Shown here: in pieces, positions 1-20,237 of the stretch
Position numbering within the stretch: the stretch's first letter is position 1
Layout of the letters: the number at the start of each line of letters is the position of its first letter
DNA from: Hemiscyllium ocellatum
Lineage: Eukaryota
Direction: 5' to 3'
NCBI RefSeq assembly: GCF_020745735.1
Contig: NC_083433.1
Location: 6,583,363-6,647,362 of the forward strand
Length of the DNA: 64,000 bases
The notes under the pieces: model-generated
The model's database searches: none
What the model was told of the DNA's origin: nothing
Seen by the model: the letters and a program-made list of their open reading frames with translations, nothing else
Translations under genes and position numbers: made by a program

Positions 1-500
1 CTGTAATAACTGCAACATTTCCCAACTTCTATACTCAATGCTCTACCCAATGAAGGCCAGTGTGCCAAAAGTATTTTTCACTGCCCTGTCTACGTGTGAC
101 TCCACTTTCAGAGAATTGTAAACCTGAACATCAAAGTCCCTCTGAACCACTACACTCCTTAAGATTCTACCATTCACCATAAAACTCCTACCTTGATTTG
201 ACTTTCCAAAATGCAAGGCCTCACACATACCTGTATTAAACTCCATTTGCAGTCAGAATATCTATCATGAGACCAAAACTGCACACACCATTCAGAGTAT
301 GGTCATAATAATAACTTGTACAATTCCAGCAAGATGTCCCTGCTCCTATATTCTCATCTTCCTGTTGCAAAGGCCAACAGGCCATCTGCTGTCTTCCCTG
401 CCTGCTGCAGCTGCATGTTTCTTTCAGCAGTTGGTGTTCAAGGATACCCAGGTCTTGTTGCATCTTCCCCGCATTCCAACCTCCCAAACTATTGCCATTT
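1..500 (-). mobile_element. CR1-like LINE reverse-transcriptase fragments (degenerate)
   Basis: Minus-strand peptides EFNTGMCEALHFGKSN...QRDFDVQVYNSLKVESHVDRAVK and QQDLGILEHQLLK resemble the CR1 ORF2 C-terminal region. Confidence 0.75.
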
Positions 501-601
501 GGATAATCTACATTCTTCTTGAGAACTGCCATCAGCAATATGAGATTTAAGTCCCTGCATTGTTTTATGTTTGCAGTCATATTTCATTTTGCTGCTGTAT
601 A

Positions 602-935
602 GGGCACAATGGCTCAGTAGTTAGCACTGCCAGCACCTTGGTTTGATTGCAGCCTCAGGTGACTGTCTGTGTGACATTTGCACATTCTCCCCGTGTCTGC
701 GTGGGTGTCCTTTGGTGCTCCTGTTTCCTCCCACTATCCAAAGATGTGCAGGTGAGGTGAATTGGCCATGCTAAATTGCCCATCATGTTCAGGGATGTGC
801 TAGGTGCATTAGTTAGGGGTAACTGTAGAGTAGTCCAGGAATGGATCTGGGTGGATTACTCTTGGGAGGGTCAATGTGAACTTGTCAGGCCAAATGGCCT
901 GTTTCCATACTGTAGGGATTCTGTGATGATTCTAT
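602..935 (+). mobile_element. HE1-like V-SINE
   Basis: tRNA-like head GGCTCAGTAGTTAGCACTGC, V-domain TTTGCACATTCTCCCCGTGTCTGCGTGGG...GAATTGGCCATGCTAAATTGCCC, short-repeat tail. Confidence 0.8.
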
Positions 936-1609
936 GGAAGTTGATCAATAAGAATTTATGCTTCTTACCACTTGGATGTTTTAATCCATGTCCACAGGTA
1001 GGTATTGATTGGAAGCAGTTCCTGTGGGAAGGATCAATCAATAATTGCCCTCAGAGCCAGTACAACCATAGGCTTTCATCAAAGCCTGTGGGGACCATTG
1101 AGTGACCACATGATGTCTGTCAGTTTGGTCAAAGCCCATTGTGACCATTGGACGTTCACTGCATCTTGAATTCTTGTTTCATCTAGAACGGGTATCAAGA
1201 TCTGAATGCATTTTCTGTTCATGTGGATTGACTGTGTCTGCTGGTGGTATTTCTCCCTGGAAGCTCCTGCCTGTCATGTAACTAACAGTTCCAGATGGGA
1301 ATCACTGTTGCTCTGTCTGGTGCACCTCAAGCAAAAGTTAATCCAAGGGAGCACATCTCATCACTTCATCCAAGAATAAACCCTTCTCAAATGAAGCCAG
1401 AAGTCAACATAGGAGATCTCAGTAACACAGCCACTTGAAGCAAAAGGATCAGAAAAATCACTTGAAAAAGCACTTCAAAAGTAATTTTTTAAAAATCATT
1501 CCATTTTTATCTAGCTGTAAACAACCAGCTCGTTGGAAGTTTGTTGAGAACTTATTAATCTGAAAGCAGTGACCTCATCAAGAATAATATCCCAAATATT
1601 GACATTTCA

Positions 1610-4082
<2,473 letters not shown>

Positions 4083-5814
4083 ACTGACTGCAGTGGAGAA
4101 ACCTGTAGAGCTGCTGCTTCTAATACATGAAAGTGTCCTGGGCTCTCTTTTGTGAATAAACAATTCCCCAATGAATTGGGTTTTTCTCTTGTGGATGAAT
4201 TGATAGTTGTGGATTTTTCCACGTTGTGGAATGGGATCACTATCTAAACATTCTGGGTCAATTGGTAAATCCTGTTATGATCCAAGATTTACAGGATGCA
4301 CTCCAATGTGAGAAAACAGACTTGTTTTAATCCAAAATGATGGTCTACAGATGCTAGAAGTCAAATTGCTGGGGGGTGGAGAGAAAGCAACTTCTGATTT
4401 TTTTTTTTGCTTAACTACGTACAAGTTTTTTTAGTGACTTTCCTTGTGCTGTCAAAGTTCTCAGAATCTAAGTTTCTTGCCACAACAAAACTGCTGCAGG
4501 TGATCTGGGTATTGGTTTCCCAATGACTCCAGTATTGGGTCACTTCATTACAAGACCAAACCTAGTCAATGGTCCTCACCAGTATAGGAAGTCTCTGAAA
4601 AGCCTGTTAGAAACCCCAACAATCAACCAAATGGAGTTTGTCTCCATGGGAGTTCCCAAAGCTCACCATATTTGCCACTGTTACTAGAGGGAGAATTAAT
4701 TTCCTTCCCCCTAAAGTTGTTAATGTAACATCCTTGGATTGTGGGCCCTGTCCCAAATGGGAGTCGTCCATGGGCAATGGAGTGCTGTAATCATTCAAGT
4801 TAAGGTAGTTAAACTCCTTCATAGCTTATAAAATATGCAAAGAGTAGGGATAGCTAAATATCACCTCCCACCATGCTATACCTCTAAGTATTGTTAAAAT
4901 CAGTCTCACATAACTGCCTATGACAATCAATTTGTAGTGGGGGAATTACCCAGTTTATTTACGCAACTGGCAATCTTTCCTCCTCCTGCTCCTTGTCCTA
5001 TTAATGCTGTCGAATGGCTTCAAATGATGTTTCGGTTGTAACTATCCAGTTTCCGAAGAGCTTTGAGGAAGGCAATAGGTTTAATAAGATTTCAGTGTTT
5101 TATTCAACGTTAATGTCTCTTCATTTCAGGGTTCTTTTTGTTTTTGCTATTGAGAAATTCATGGAGGGAAATGAATTTAAGATTTAAATAATTTCTGCCA
5201 ACAGGGGATACTGAATTTAAATACTCCTTGGGGAAAGATCGCTCCTGTTAGATATTTCCTGACAGTCCTTAAGATCACTGTACGATGTCAAGTGTGACAT
5301 TGCACTATAATAGCACCTGCTCTGTAACAGTCCGCTCGGTCTGTTGTTAGAATAGACAGTGACACTAAGGCACAGAAACCAGACTAAATGTGCTCAGTGT
5401 AAACCACAAATTAAACCATGGGAGCAGCCCATGGAGGCTAACACTGAACTGGTGAGAGTAAGCCTGCAAGTCGATGTAGAGATAAACAGAAGTGTGGTGA
5501 GTCTCTGTACAGTATGAGAGGCTGCTGATCCAATTTTTGAGAAAGGAAATTTTAAACACTCCTGAAAGGCCAACCCAGAGAACTCTGTTAAAAAGGAATT
5601 ACCTCTGTCAATATGCCAGCCATCTGTCATTTTCTACTTCCAAATTATTGGAATAGTTAGGGAAACGTGCTGTTGGGAGATTGGATTCCCTTCCGATAGG
5701 AATTAATGAAACAAATGCGAAACCTCCCAGATACAAGTACTGTAAATAAAAGACAAGACTCACTACAAAACATGTGGATGAATGATACATTTGAGAGGTT
5801 AATCTCAGACATTC

Positions 5815-6098
5815 CTGCTGCCTCACAGCGCCAGAGACCCAGGTTCAATTCCCACCTCAGGTGACTGACTGTGTGAAGTTTGCACATTCTCCCTGTGTCT
5901 GTGTGGGTTTCCTCCGGGTGCTCCGGTTTCCTCCCACAGTCCAAAAATGTGCAGGTTAGTTGAATTGGCCATGCTAAGTTGCCCGTAGTGTTAGGTGCAG
6001 GGGTAAATGTAAGAGAATGGGTCTGAGTGGTATACGGTTCGGTGTGGACTTGTTGGGCCGAAGGGCCTGTTTCCACATTGTAAGTAATCTAATCTAAT
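5815..6098 (+). mobile_element. HE1-like V-SINE (5'-truncated)
   Basis: GCCTCACAGCGCCAGAGACCCAGGTTCAATTCC, V-domain, (AATCT)n tail. Confidence 0.82.
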
Positions 6099-6649
6099 TA
6101 TTCCCAACATCAGAACAGAACTGATGATATTAAATGGGCTGGAAGCTGGGATATGATCACAACAATGGCACAGGATAACCACCATCATGTTATCTAACTG
6201 AGGCATGGAGGAGGATATTGAAGAACCAAGTGGTCCCAAACAACTGCCATTCAGAGGATTGGATTGTGGAAATAATAGCATTGAGCGGGTCTGTCTGGAT
6301 CAAAGAGGGGGCTACGCACTGACCACTCAGCAGGCTAGCTTCAGGAAATGTGCTGATATTATTTCCATAAGGATCATCCTGAATGAAACACCTGGCATTG
6401 CAGTTGGAAGATGGGATAGGATCGGTTGGCCTGACTCCAGCCTCTAATGAAAAGCAGACGGAGCCGTGGGGTTGGGGGTTTTGGGAATGGCGAGTGTTCC
6501 TGTCAAATCGGAGTGATCCTGGACTGGAGGGGTCTGCAGCTGGAGGGAGGGTGCGAATCAGTCAAGCCATCGTTCTCACCAGAAACTGAGAGGAGGGAGG
6601 TCCATCATCAGCTATATCTGAGGGGCACTGGGGCTGAGAGCTTTACACA

Positions 6650-7480
6650 ATTTTTAAAAATTCTCTCATGGGATGTGGGGTTGCTGGTTGGCCTGTCCCT
6701 AGTTGCCCCTTGAGAAGGTGGGGGTGAGCTGCCTTCTTGAACCACAGCAGTCCATGTGCTGTAGGTAGACCCACAATACCCTTAGTGAGGGAATACCAGG
6801 ATTTTAACCCTGAGACTCTGAAGGGACAGTGATATATTTCCAAGTCAGGATTGGAAGAGGTTTGCTCCCTTGCTCCTTTGCTCTTCTAGATGGAAGTAGT
6901 CATGGGTTTCAAAGGATCTTTGGTGAATTTCTGCAGTACATCTTTCAGATAATACACATTGCTGCCACTGAATGTTGATGGTGGAGGGAGGGAGTATTTG
7001 TGGGTGTGGTGTCAATCAGGCGGCTGCTTTGTCCTGGATGGTGTCGAGCTTCTTGAGTGTAGTTGGAGCAGCCCCCATCCAGGCAAGTTGTAGGCTGTGG
7101 ACGGAATTTGGGGAGTGAGGAGGTGAGTTAATCACCACAGCATTCCGAGCCTCTGCTCTTGTAGACACTGTGTTTATGTGGTGAGTCCAGCTGAGTTTCT
7201 GGTCAATGGTAAGTTAAAGGATGTTAATAACGGGATTATTCAGTGATTGTAGAGTCATTGAAAGTCAAGTGACCTTTGGTAGATTGTATTGCAGGGGGTC
7301 ATTGCCTGGCATTTGCCTGGTGTAATTTTATTTGCCACTTCTCAGCCCAAGCCTGGATATTGTCCAGATCTTGTTGCATTTGTATGTGGACTGTTTCAGT
7401 ATCTGAGGAGTGGTGAATGGTGCTGAACATTGTACAATCATTAGCGAACATCCTCAGTTCTGACCTTATGAGGGAGGGAA
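6650..7480 (-). mobile_element. L2/CR1-clade LINE 3' fragment
   Basis: Minus peptide ELRMFANDCTMF...QQDLDNIQAWAEKWQ (FADD-region remnant). Its 3' segment recurs near 12720-13160, 33010-33290 (opposite strand), 33860-34170 and 38235-38545. Confidence 0.72.
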
Positions 7481-8519
7481 ACATAAAGTAATTTACTGGC
7501 AACAAACCAAACCAGGCGTTTTTGGAATTGAATTGTATACAATTTGGACAAAAATGTAAGGTTATGTTGGTTGAAGTTTCATTCGAATTAGCCATGCCCC
7601 TCTGCTGTCTGTTTTAGGTGAGTCTTAATATTAAATCAGGGTGAGATTTAAATTGGACAAACCAAGCAAGATGTTGTACCGTTTAGACAAGCTGAGAGGT
7701 ATTGTACCAGGGCATCACGGTGTTTATTCTAACAAACAGGTTTGTGGTTGATCAAACACTGCATCTGTGTGATAGTGTTCTTTATGAAATTCTAAATTCC
7801 AAGGACCATTGTCAGAGGGAACAAGAATAGGAACCGTTAGGATATATTCACCCCGTCTTTTGGTGAGGATGCTATCTGCAGGAAAATCCCACTCCTACAG
7901 GACTGCCATTCTCAAATGGGCAGAAACATACAACTAACAAAAGAGCACAGAAGCCAACAAAAACATAGAAATGCATTATACCGTACCATTTAAAGATCAC
8001 AAAAATGGAAAGCAAAACCAGGTTTGATACACCGTTGACACTCTGTTAGAGCTCCAGTTATTTTAATAAAGAATCAATCTTACTTTATGCATCAGCCGGT
8101 AACTGACAATGTTTGACCAAAGTCCTTTGTGATCACTGGATATTCCCTGTATCTCAGACCAGGACTTTGACCAGGACATGTATCAATCTCAAGATACATT
8201 TTGTTTCTGGGTGGGTCAAATGTGTCCATTGGTGGGGTCTGTCTCAGGAGAGCAATGTTTAGATGGTGATTGGTGGTTCCTGCTGTCAATCACATGCTTC
8301 CCCCATCTAGCCAATCTGAACCAGAGTTTAATCCAAGGGAACAAATCTCATCACCTAATCCAGGACTGAACCACTTTCAGAATGAAACCAGATGGAAAGT
8401 TGAGGCAAAAGCTTTGGTCAGATGATGAAAAAGTGCTTCCCTAAAAGTAACATTCTTTAATTACTTTGTGAGTTTTGAGAAGACTTGTAGCTCAGGTTGA
8501 GGTTTTAATTACCTCATTT

Positions 8520-9140
8520 GCCAAGAAGTTAGTCCCTTTTTTTCTAAAAGCTGTTCCTTGGTTCAAGGAGACTCTGTCCTTGATTTTTTTTTCCGAGGGG
8601 CAATAAACTGGGCCGGGCTCCAATCAGTCTGGTTTGACACAGAGATGAAAAGGATTTGAGAGGCCTTTTGTTTATATGTAAACAGATGAGATTTCAGGCC
8701 AAAGTGGCCATGTTTTAGAAGTGACCTGTATAATGAAAGGGGAGTGGTCAGCTCACTAGCAGCAGTTTTAGTTCAGTCTTGAATAGGGAAGTTCAACAGG
8801 GGAGCTGTGTGGAAACTATCTCTCTTTTCTGCCCTTTAAATTCAACCTGTAATCATGTGTTCCATTTATACTAGTTTCTAAAGGGAGTTTTTAATCGGCA
8901 CTATTGTGTATATTCTGAACAGCATAATTAAGTCTAGTGGATAGGTTGAGTTCTGTAAGGGTTCTTTATTCTGTCCTTTGTGTTTCATTGTATAATTTTA
9001 TGAATACTTTTTTGTCTGTTTTAAAATCTAGTAGTCAACCTAGTTATCTTCACTGTACACTGATCAAATCAAATTGCAAAGTTATGGTCTGGGGCTTTCT
9101 GCTTCAGAATGTTTTGAGCGGTCTGGCGAACTCCATAACA
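8520..9140 (+). mobile_element. Solo LTR related to the Gypsy element at 30.7-32.5 kb
   Basis: Aligns with 31900-32523 (shared AAAGTGGYCATGTTTTAGAAGTGACCTGTATAATGAAAGGGGAGTGGTCAGCTC); both end in TCCATAACA. Confidence 0.7.
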
Positions 9141-9349
9141 CATTCCAATCCCATTGTAGGTATTTTCTGGGCATCTAGTTCCAGAGACAGGGAAATCTGA
9201 ACCTGGAGTCTTCAGAACCAGAGGTATGGACACTACCACTGCATCACATATTAAACAGCAAGCAGCCAGTTAGTTTGCAGTGTGTTGAAGATCCATCACT
9301 TCAAACACACTTGTATAATCAAGACTAATTGTCCAAACCTCTCTGTATT

Positions 9350-11667
<2,318 letters not shown>

Positions 11668-14544
11668 ATGGACTGCAGAGAGCAAGTTTAGTTTTGTACT
11701 ATACTAAAATAGACAACATTCTATTATTTGTGTAGGAGGAAAGAAATGTGATTTGCTTAAATTGTACCAGGGCTGAAATCTGGGCTCTTTATTGTGAAAT
11801 GTATTAGACTCTGGCAAAATAAACTGTTCAAATATTGGACTTTGGTTGGCTTGCTAATTTTCCAAAACTTTGGTTTTATAGCTGCCTTGTCTAACATTGG
11901 GTAGAGGCCCAATTTTGCAACACTCCATTCAAATGCTCAACAGCAGAGATAGTAGTACAAAAAAAACTGCCAGATGCTCTATAGTTATTCCCTGTAGTGC
12001 CAACTAAAACCATATTTGTTTTAACTTGAGTCTGAGCACCAGGGTCCCACTAGCAATAACGATGCCTTTGCATCCCAGGGAAATCACCAAGCATAATGTT
12101 CCAAATTTTAGTTCAACAGAATTACATGGTCAACATCATTCATGAGGGATTTAAATCCCTCCAGCTGCCATGGTGAGATTTGAATCCATGGTCTCTGAGC
12201 ATTAAACCTGCAGGCTACTAAACCAGTGACACTACAACAGCACTTCTCCACAGGTTTCAACTGTCTGAAAATCTCTCTCTGGAATGAACTTGAGGAAATA
12301 ACTGGGACTTAACACTCCAGCAAAATATTTCCAGTAACTATTTTTCCTTGAGTTGCCACAAACTGTTCATGATTTCCTGGGGGCAATACTTTAAGTCCTT
12401 CTTTTCTCACAACTTCCATGCAATTTCAGTTTATAGACAATAACATTGATGGTTTTTTTTTTGGTAATTAATCACTATTTCCAAGTTTTTTTTTTTGGAT
12501 TTGCTACCATAATCCAATTGCAGCAAGCTAATAGAAAGTGTAATGGTTGTTGTAGTATACACTAAACTTCATTCAATGGGGTTTGCATTTTAATATGGTC
12601 TTAGTCGCTACTTGAGAGTAAGTGAGTAAACCATACAACCCGTCACTGTTACTCAGCTCACCTGGATGTGAGCACTATTGACTGGGCCTGTATTTATGAT
12701 CCATCCCCTGGTGATGTAATGCCACCTTGAATGGCTGAGAGTGCATCCAATTACCCAGAGGGAAGGGCTTCCAGGTATTCTGATCCAACAACATGGAATT
12801 ACAAGTCAGGCTGGTGTGTAGCTTGGGGTGGGGATCTTGCAGGAAGTGGTGTCCCATGTATCTGCTGCATTCTTCCTTCCAGATGAAGTGCTTGTTGGTT
12901 TGGAAGAGACTGTTAAAGGTGTTTGAATTTCCAAAGTGCATTGTGTAGATGGTGTACACTTCTACTGAGTGTCAGTGATGGAGGGAGTGGATGTGGCTGC
13001 ATTCCTGGATGCTGTCAAGCTGCTTGTGGTATTGGTACTGCACCCATCCAGGCAAGTGAGGAGTATTCCATCACATCCTGACTTGTGCCTTGCAGATGGT
13101 GGACAGTATTTGAGGAGTCAGGAGGTAAGATACTTGCTACAGGATTCCCAGCCTCTGACCTTTGACTGCTTTGCCTGTTAAGTACAATAATGGTTGACTT
13201 TGGGCTTCAACTCAACTTTTCCATTTCCTTCTATAGCCTTGAAGTCCTGAGTAACTCAAAGTCCATCTAGACCAGTGTTACATAAGTCTAACTTGGTATT
13301 TACATATCTCCAGTGCAGGAATTTCAAAAAACACCCAATCTTTCGAGCAAAGTACTTTATGCTCCTCTCCATCTCAATTAGCAAAGGATAACTTTAACTT
13401 TCACCCCCGTCGCCTATGCCACGGTCCTAAATTCAGACTCCTATTGACATGAGAATACAATATTTAGGCTATTAAACAAACAATACGTTTTGCTCACCAG
13501 CTTTGTGGAGATAGGTTCAACTGAGCTATTCAAGAGGGAATGGGATTATTTCAATGGGAATAAAGTACAGGGTGACAGGGAAAAGGCTGGCTAATGCTAA
13601 GTCAAAACGCTCATTCAGAAGGCTAGTACATGCACGATGGGCGAAATGGCTGCTTTCACCACCATTATATTTTTGATTATCCATGTGAATGTTTAGAAAG
13701 GGTCAAGAGCTGACCTCCAGTGCTGGGCACCAAGGGAGATGACCATTCTGCTGTCTTGGTAGCTGCCCAATACTCACTGGGGGCAAGGGTTCAAACTGAT
13801 GGTTGACGCAAAGTAAATGTGCAGCCACTCAATGGGTCCATGCTCTTGATGTACAGTGGTAGTGTCTCTACCTCTGAGCCAGGAGGCCTGGGTTCAAGTC
13901 TCACCTGCTCCAGAGGTGTGTCACAGCATCTCCATTGGTTTGATTTGAAAAATAACTGAAACTAGCTTGAGATGGTAATCAGCAGTTGGACGCGGTGACA
14001 TCAGTTCCAGAGGACACTGCTGAACATGAATCTCGGAGATCCACGCAGCGGCAGGAAACATCTGCGGGAACGTAGTTTACAGCCACTAAGGGAAGGACCC
14101 ATCACTGCCACAGTCTCAGGGTAAAGGGACACCCATCGAAGACTCAGATGAGGAGGAATTCCTTCCCTCAGAGGGTTGTGGGTCTTTGGAATGCCTTGCC
14201 ACAGACAGCTTGGGATATCTTGCGTATATTTAAAGCCGCGATAGATTCTTGAGGAGTTGAAGAATCAAGGGTTATGGGGAAAGGGCAGAAAGTAGATGGG
14301 AGGAACATTGGATCTGCTGTGATCCTATAGAACAGTGGAACAGGTTCAAGGGACTGAACGATCTACTCCAACCCAGGGACCTAATGGTTTTATGGTTTAT
14401 GATCTGTGGAGGAGGGGTGAGGGGAGTTAAGAATTTGCCAGGGAGAGGAACAAAACCTTGCTGGTGTCTCAGCTGACCTGGGAATAAAACAATAAAGAAA
14501 AGAAAGAGCCTTACCATCAGTAAATGCTGAAAGACTGTCACTCC

Positions 14545-15018
14545 AAACGACACGACCAGCTATCCCTAGTAGCCATACACTCAGACAACCAGGAACATGA
14601 ATTTGACTGGGAAAACACTACCATCATAGGACAAGCCAGACAGAGAACAGCCAGGGAATTCCTAGAGGCATGGCATTCATCCACAAACTCCATTAACAGA
14701 CACATAGACCTGGACCCCATATACAAACCACTACAGCTGAAACTGACACCCGGAAACGGCAAGAAGATCCATCAACAGACACATCAACCTGGACCCCACA
14801 TACAAACTACTACAGCTGAAACTGATACCTGGAAGCGGCAAGAACAAACCACTCTAAATACCGGAAGAAACATCAAAGCAGCGCTTCACAGGAGGCTCCA
14901 ATAGCACTGATGATGTTCCCTAGCCAGGGAACGAAACGTTTGCAGCAAAAACTTCCAGCTCGGCAAACAGAACCACAACAACGGACACCCGAGCTACAAA
15001 TCTTCAACCAGACTTTAA
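14545..15018 (+). mobile_element. Penelope-like element 3' fragment (GIY-YIG endonuclease C-terminal region)
   Basis: Peptide HEFDWENTTIIGQARQRTAREFLEAWHSSTNSINRHIDLDPIY; flanking direct repeat ACTGTCACTCC (14534-14544, 15019-15029); internal ~78-bp tandem duplication; hammerhead-like motif at 14904-14943. Confidence 0.78.
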
Positions 15019-15368
15019 ACTGTCACTCCTGCTATCAAATGCTATAGAGATTGGTTGCATCCGTTTATCCATTCTCTGGGGTCAATAAAACTCTCCATTA
15101 TCTCACATGTCTAAACCGTTACTATAAACTGAATACACTATCTTAAAACTACTTACAAATCCTCAACAGCTGACCTTAGGTATCAGTAATCCCCAAATCC
15201 AAAATCTTACAAATGTATAGATCCCACTGAGACTGTCAAATGTTGCTGGGGATGTCACTTCTCAGGTATCACCTCAGCAAGGACAATCAACCAAAACCCC
15301 AAAAAGAGAAGGGTGAGATGTTGCCCCACTATCTGTGTTAAAGGATAATTGGGGATCTCTGATAGTGG

Positions 15369-15555
15369 AGAAAGTGAGGACTGCAGATGCTGGAGATCAG
15401 AGATGAAAATGTGTTGCTGGAAAAGCGCAGCAGGTCAGGCAGCATCCAAGGAGCAGGAGAATCGACGTTTCGGGCATGAGCCTTTCTTCAGGAATGAGGA
15501 AAGTGTCTTTCATCACTCCTGAAGAAGGGCTCATGCCCGAAACGTCGATTCTCCT
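15369..15555. mobile_element. Penelope-derived palindromic non-autonomous element
   Basis: Inverted repeat of CCTGAAGAAGGGCTCATGCCCGAAACGTCGATTCTCCTG; 15-bp direct repeat GATCTCTGATAGTGG at 15354-15368 and 15556-15570. Confidence 0.78.
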
Positions 15556-15821
15556 GATCTCTGATAGTGGGACATTGAAACTCCCTGTTACAAATGGAAG
15601 CTCCCTACTGTGGAACAGCAGCTGAGTGTGTGGGTGACACTGGAGTTGGTCACATTCACTGCCTCTCATTCACACATTTCCATTTCTCTGTCCAGTGGCC
15701 GGTTGGCAAAGTCCCACAGAATGACTTAATTTGTACTGTATCAGCTTCACAGCTCCTCACACACAACAAACATGACCAGGTTCTGAAATGTTATTTCAGC
15801 AAAAGTTACAAGTTATCATTA

Positions 15822-16055
15822 ACAACAAGAACAGAGATTACTGGAGAAACTCTGCAGGTCTGGCAGCATCTGTGGAGAGAGAAACAAAATTAACGTTTCA
15901 AGTCCAGTGTTCATTCTTCAGATAATCTATTCTGACGAAGGGTCAGGGCTTGAAAGATTTACTCTGTTTCTCTCTTCACAGATGCTGCCAGACCTTCTGA
16001 GTTTCTCCAGCAATCTCTGTTTTTGTTTCAGATTTCCAGCAGCTGCAGTTCCTTA
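15822..16055. mobile_element. Older palindromic Penelope-derived element
   Basis: Imperfect inverted arms (ACAGAGATTACTGGAGAAACTC...GGTCTGGCAGCATCTGTG / CACAGATGCTGCCAGACC...GAGTTTCTCCAGCAATCTCTGT) with a degenerate CTGACGA...GAAA core. Related fragments near 24530-24630, 25660-25790 and 42545-42690. Confidence 0.6.
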
Positions 16056-16169
16056 TTTCATTTTCGTCGTTATCACTAAGTTCAAACAAGAATGTTAAAC
16101 ACCTTCAATTTGAAACAAAACCTAAGAACAGTGACATCATTGAGAAAAAGCCTCTCAATTTGTTTGCAT

Positions 16170-16378
16170 TCCAAAGCTCTGATTGGCTCAAGCTCATATC
16201 CTTATTCATTGGTGCCTGGATGCATGAGTGATTCCTGATTGGCTGTCATGATTGTCAATCACGGTGACATCATTCCCTGGTTGGGTGCAGGGTGTCCCAG
16301 GAGGATAAATGCAAGAGCTTGTGGAAGAGAGGCTCAGTTCTAGAGTTGTCTGGGTGATAGTGAGTAGGCATAGTGAAG
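16170..16378 (+). promoter_or_regulatory. Ferritin copy 3 promoter
   Basis: Three ATTGG boxes, GATAAA at 16304, TCAGTTC Inr-like motif. Confidence 0.7.
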
Positions 16379-18545
<2,167 letters not shown>

Positions 18546-20237
18546 ACTGACTGCAGTGAATGAGTTTGTGGTCTTTTTTTTTGTACTAGTACAACGAAGA
18601 TACTTGTAACTAGTGAGGTTCTGTTTGTCAGTTACTAACAGACAATAAACAGTTTGAGTGGACTCTCGTGGTTTTGTAAATGTATTAGTTCTGTAATCCT
18701 TTCTATTGCACCAGACCAGCTAAATGTTTCATTCCCAAAATAACATGGACAAACTCAATATTTGCACAATCTTTTGTGCACTGCACTGTCAATAGTTAGA
18801 GATACTATAACAGTTTGTATCTTTTTGCCCAACTAAAATTTGACAGTGGGGCCATGTGCCTGGATTTTTGGCAGAAGTGCGTTTTAAGGAAAATCAATAA
18901 ACTTTCAGTTTTTAAATCAATCGGTTTAAAGGTACCCTCCTTAGGAGGGAGTTGTTCAGGGCCTCCTGCCTTGTATGTAGAGATACAATAGCATGCAAGA
19001 GGAAGCCTTAATAAATACAAATGGCTGCTGTCTGTAAATAAGGGACAAAGTCAAAGGATTTGAGTCAATTGACTGAGTTTTCCAATCCACTCACTTTCAG
19101 ATTTCTAACATCCAGTGTTAGGTCAGTTTTTCTTATCTGGTCTCCTCTTCAGCACTGCCAGACAAAACAGCTCCTGTGAACTTCACAAACATTTGTTGAA
19201 CTTGATTTAAACACCATTTTGGCCCAAACTGTTACATTAAAAATATTTTGTAATGTTTTACTTAAATTCCAATGGCTTTAAAAAAAATCAGCTAGTCTGG
19301 TTGTGTTCACTTAAACCTTTCTCACTCTTCTTAGAATTCTGGTAGCATTTGAGCAAAGTTGTAAATGATAAGCAGTCTCAAATTCTGGAATCTTCTGTGA
19401 CCTCCATCTTTTACTGAGCATGCTCTTGGCAATGTGGAGTGTACTGTTACTGGGGTTGGAGACTAAAGCTGGCTCTGCATATCTGAGCTTTAAAGTGATC
19501 AAACAGTTGAGCACCTCTCTCTCCCTCCCCAGGATTGGAATTGATGTGGGCCCACTAAAAGTAAATGACTTGGTGCCAATTGAATGGAGTAGTTCATTTG
19601 ACAGGCTGGTTCCATCAGTTTATAAAACTTAATAGCAGCAACTCCTTCATAAATTTGTTCGGTGTAAAATGCAAATGAAACATCCATTTCAATCCTGTTG
19701 GATCACTTCTCAATGATTTAATCTTCCTTTTGTTCTGACTGAATTTCTGATATTTAGCAGTGAACTTGGGGAACTTAGTAAAGATCTGGCTGTTACAGCA
19801 AGAAAATTAATCTTCAGTCACTTGAGTCATAACTTTGCATCTCATGACCCTCAAATAGAAAAGATGAGCATTTTTCAACCCAAAACCATTCCTGTTCCCT
19901 AAAGGCAGATGTTGAATTTGGTGTTCCTATGAAAAGTCCAAACAGACCATCCTCAAAGTCTTTGATGTCCACTGCAGAGGCTTTTGAGTAACCATGTGAT
20001 GTTCATGCACTTGGACAAAGCCCTTTGTGACCACTGGACACTCCCTGCGTCTTTTCAACAAAGACAGTTGTCCATACCCAGATACGTTGTCTATTCAGGT
20101 GGGTCAACTGTGCCCATTTAGTGGCATCTCTCTGAAGAAGGTTGTGTCTGCAACATGAGCAGTTGTTTCTAGTTTGAATCTTAACCTTATATTTCCATCT
20201 AAACCAGAGTTTACTCCATGGAAACCACATATTCATC

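Noticed and set aside
602-680. tRNA-like sequences at SINE heads
   Set aside because: They run into SINE bodies and lack a complete cloverleaf, so they are not tRNA genes.
11745-11780. SECIS-like GTGA...AAA...TGA in the copy 2 3' UTR
   Set aside because: The spacings (7 nt from GTGA to AA and about 14 nt to GA) are shorter than in canonical SECIS elements, so it is not called as a feature.
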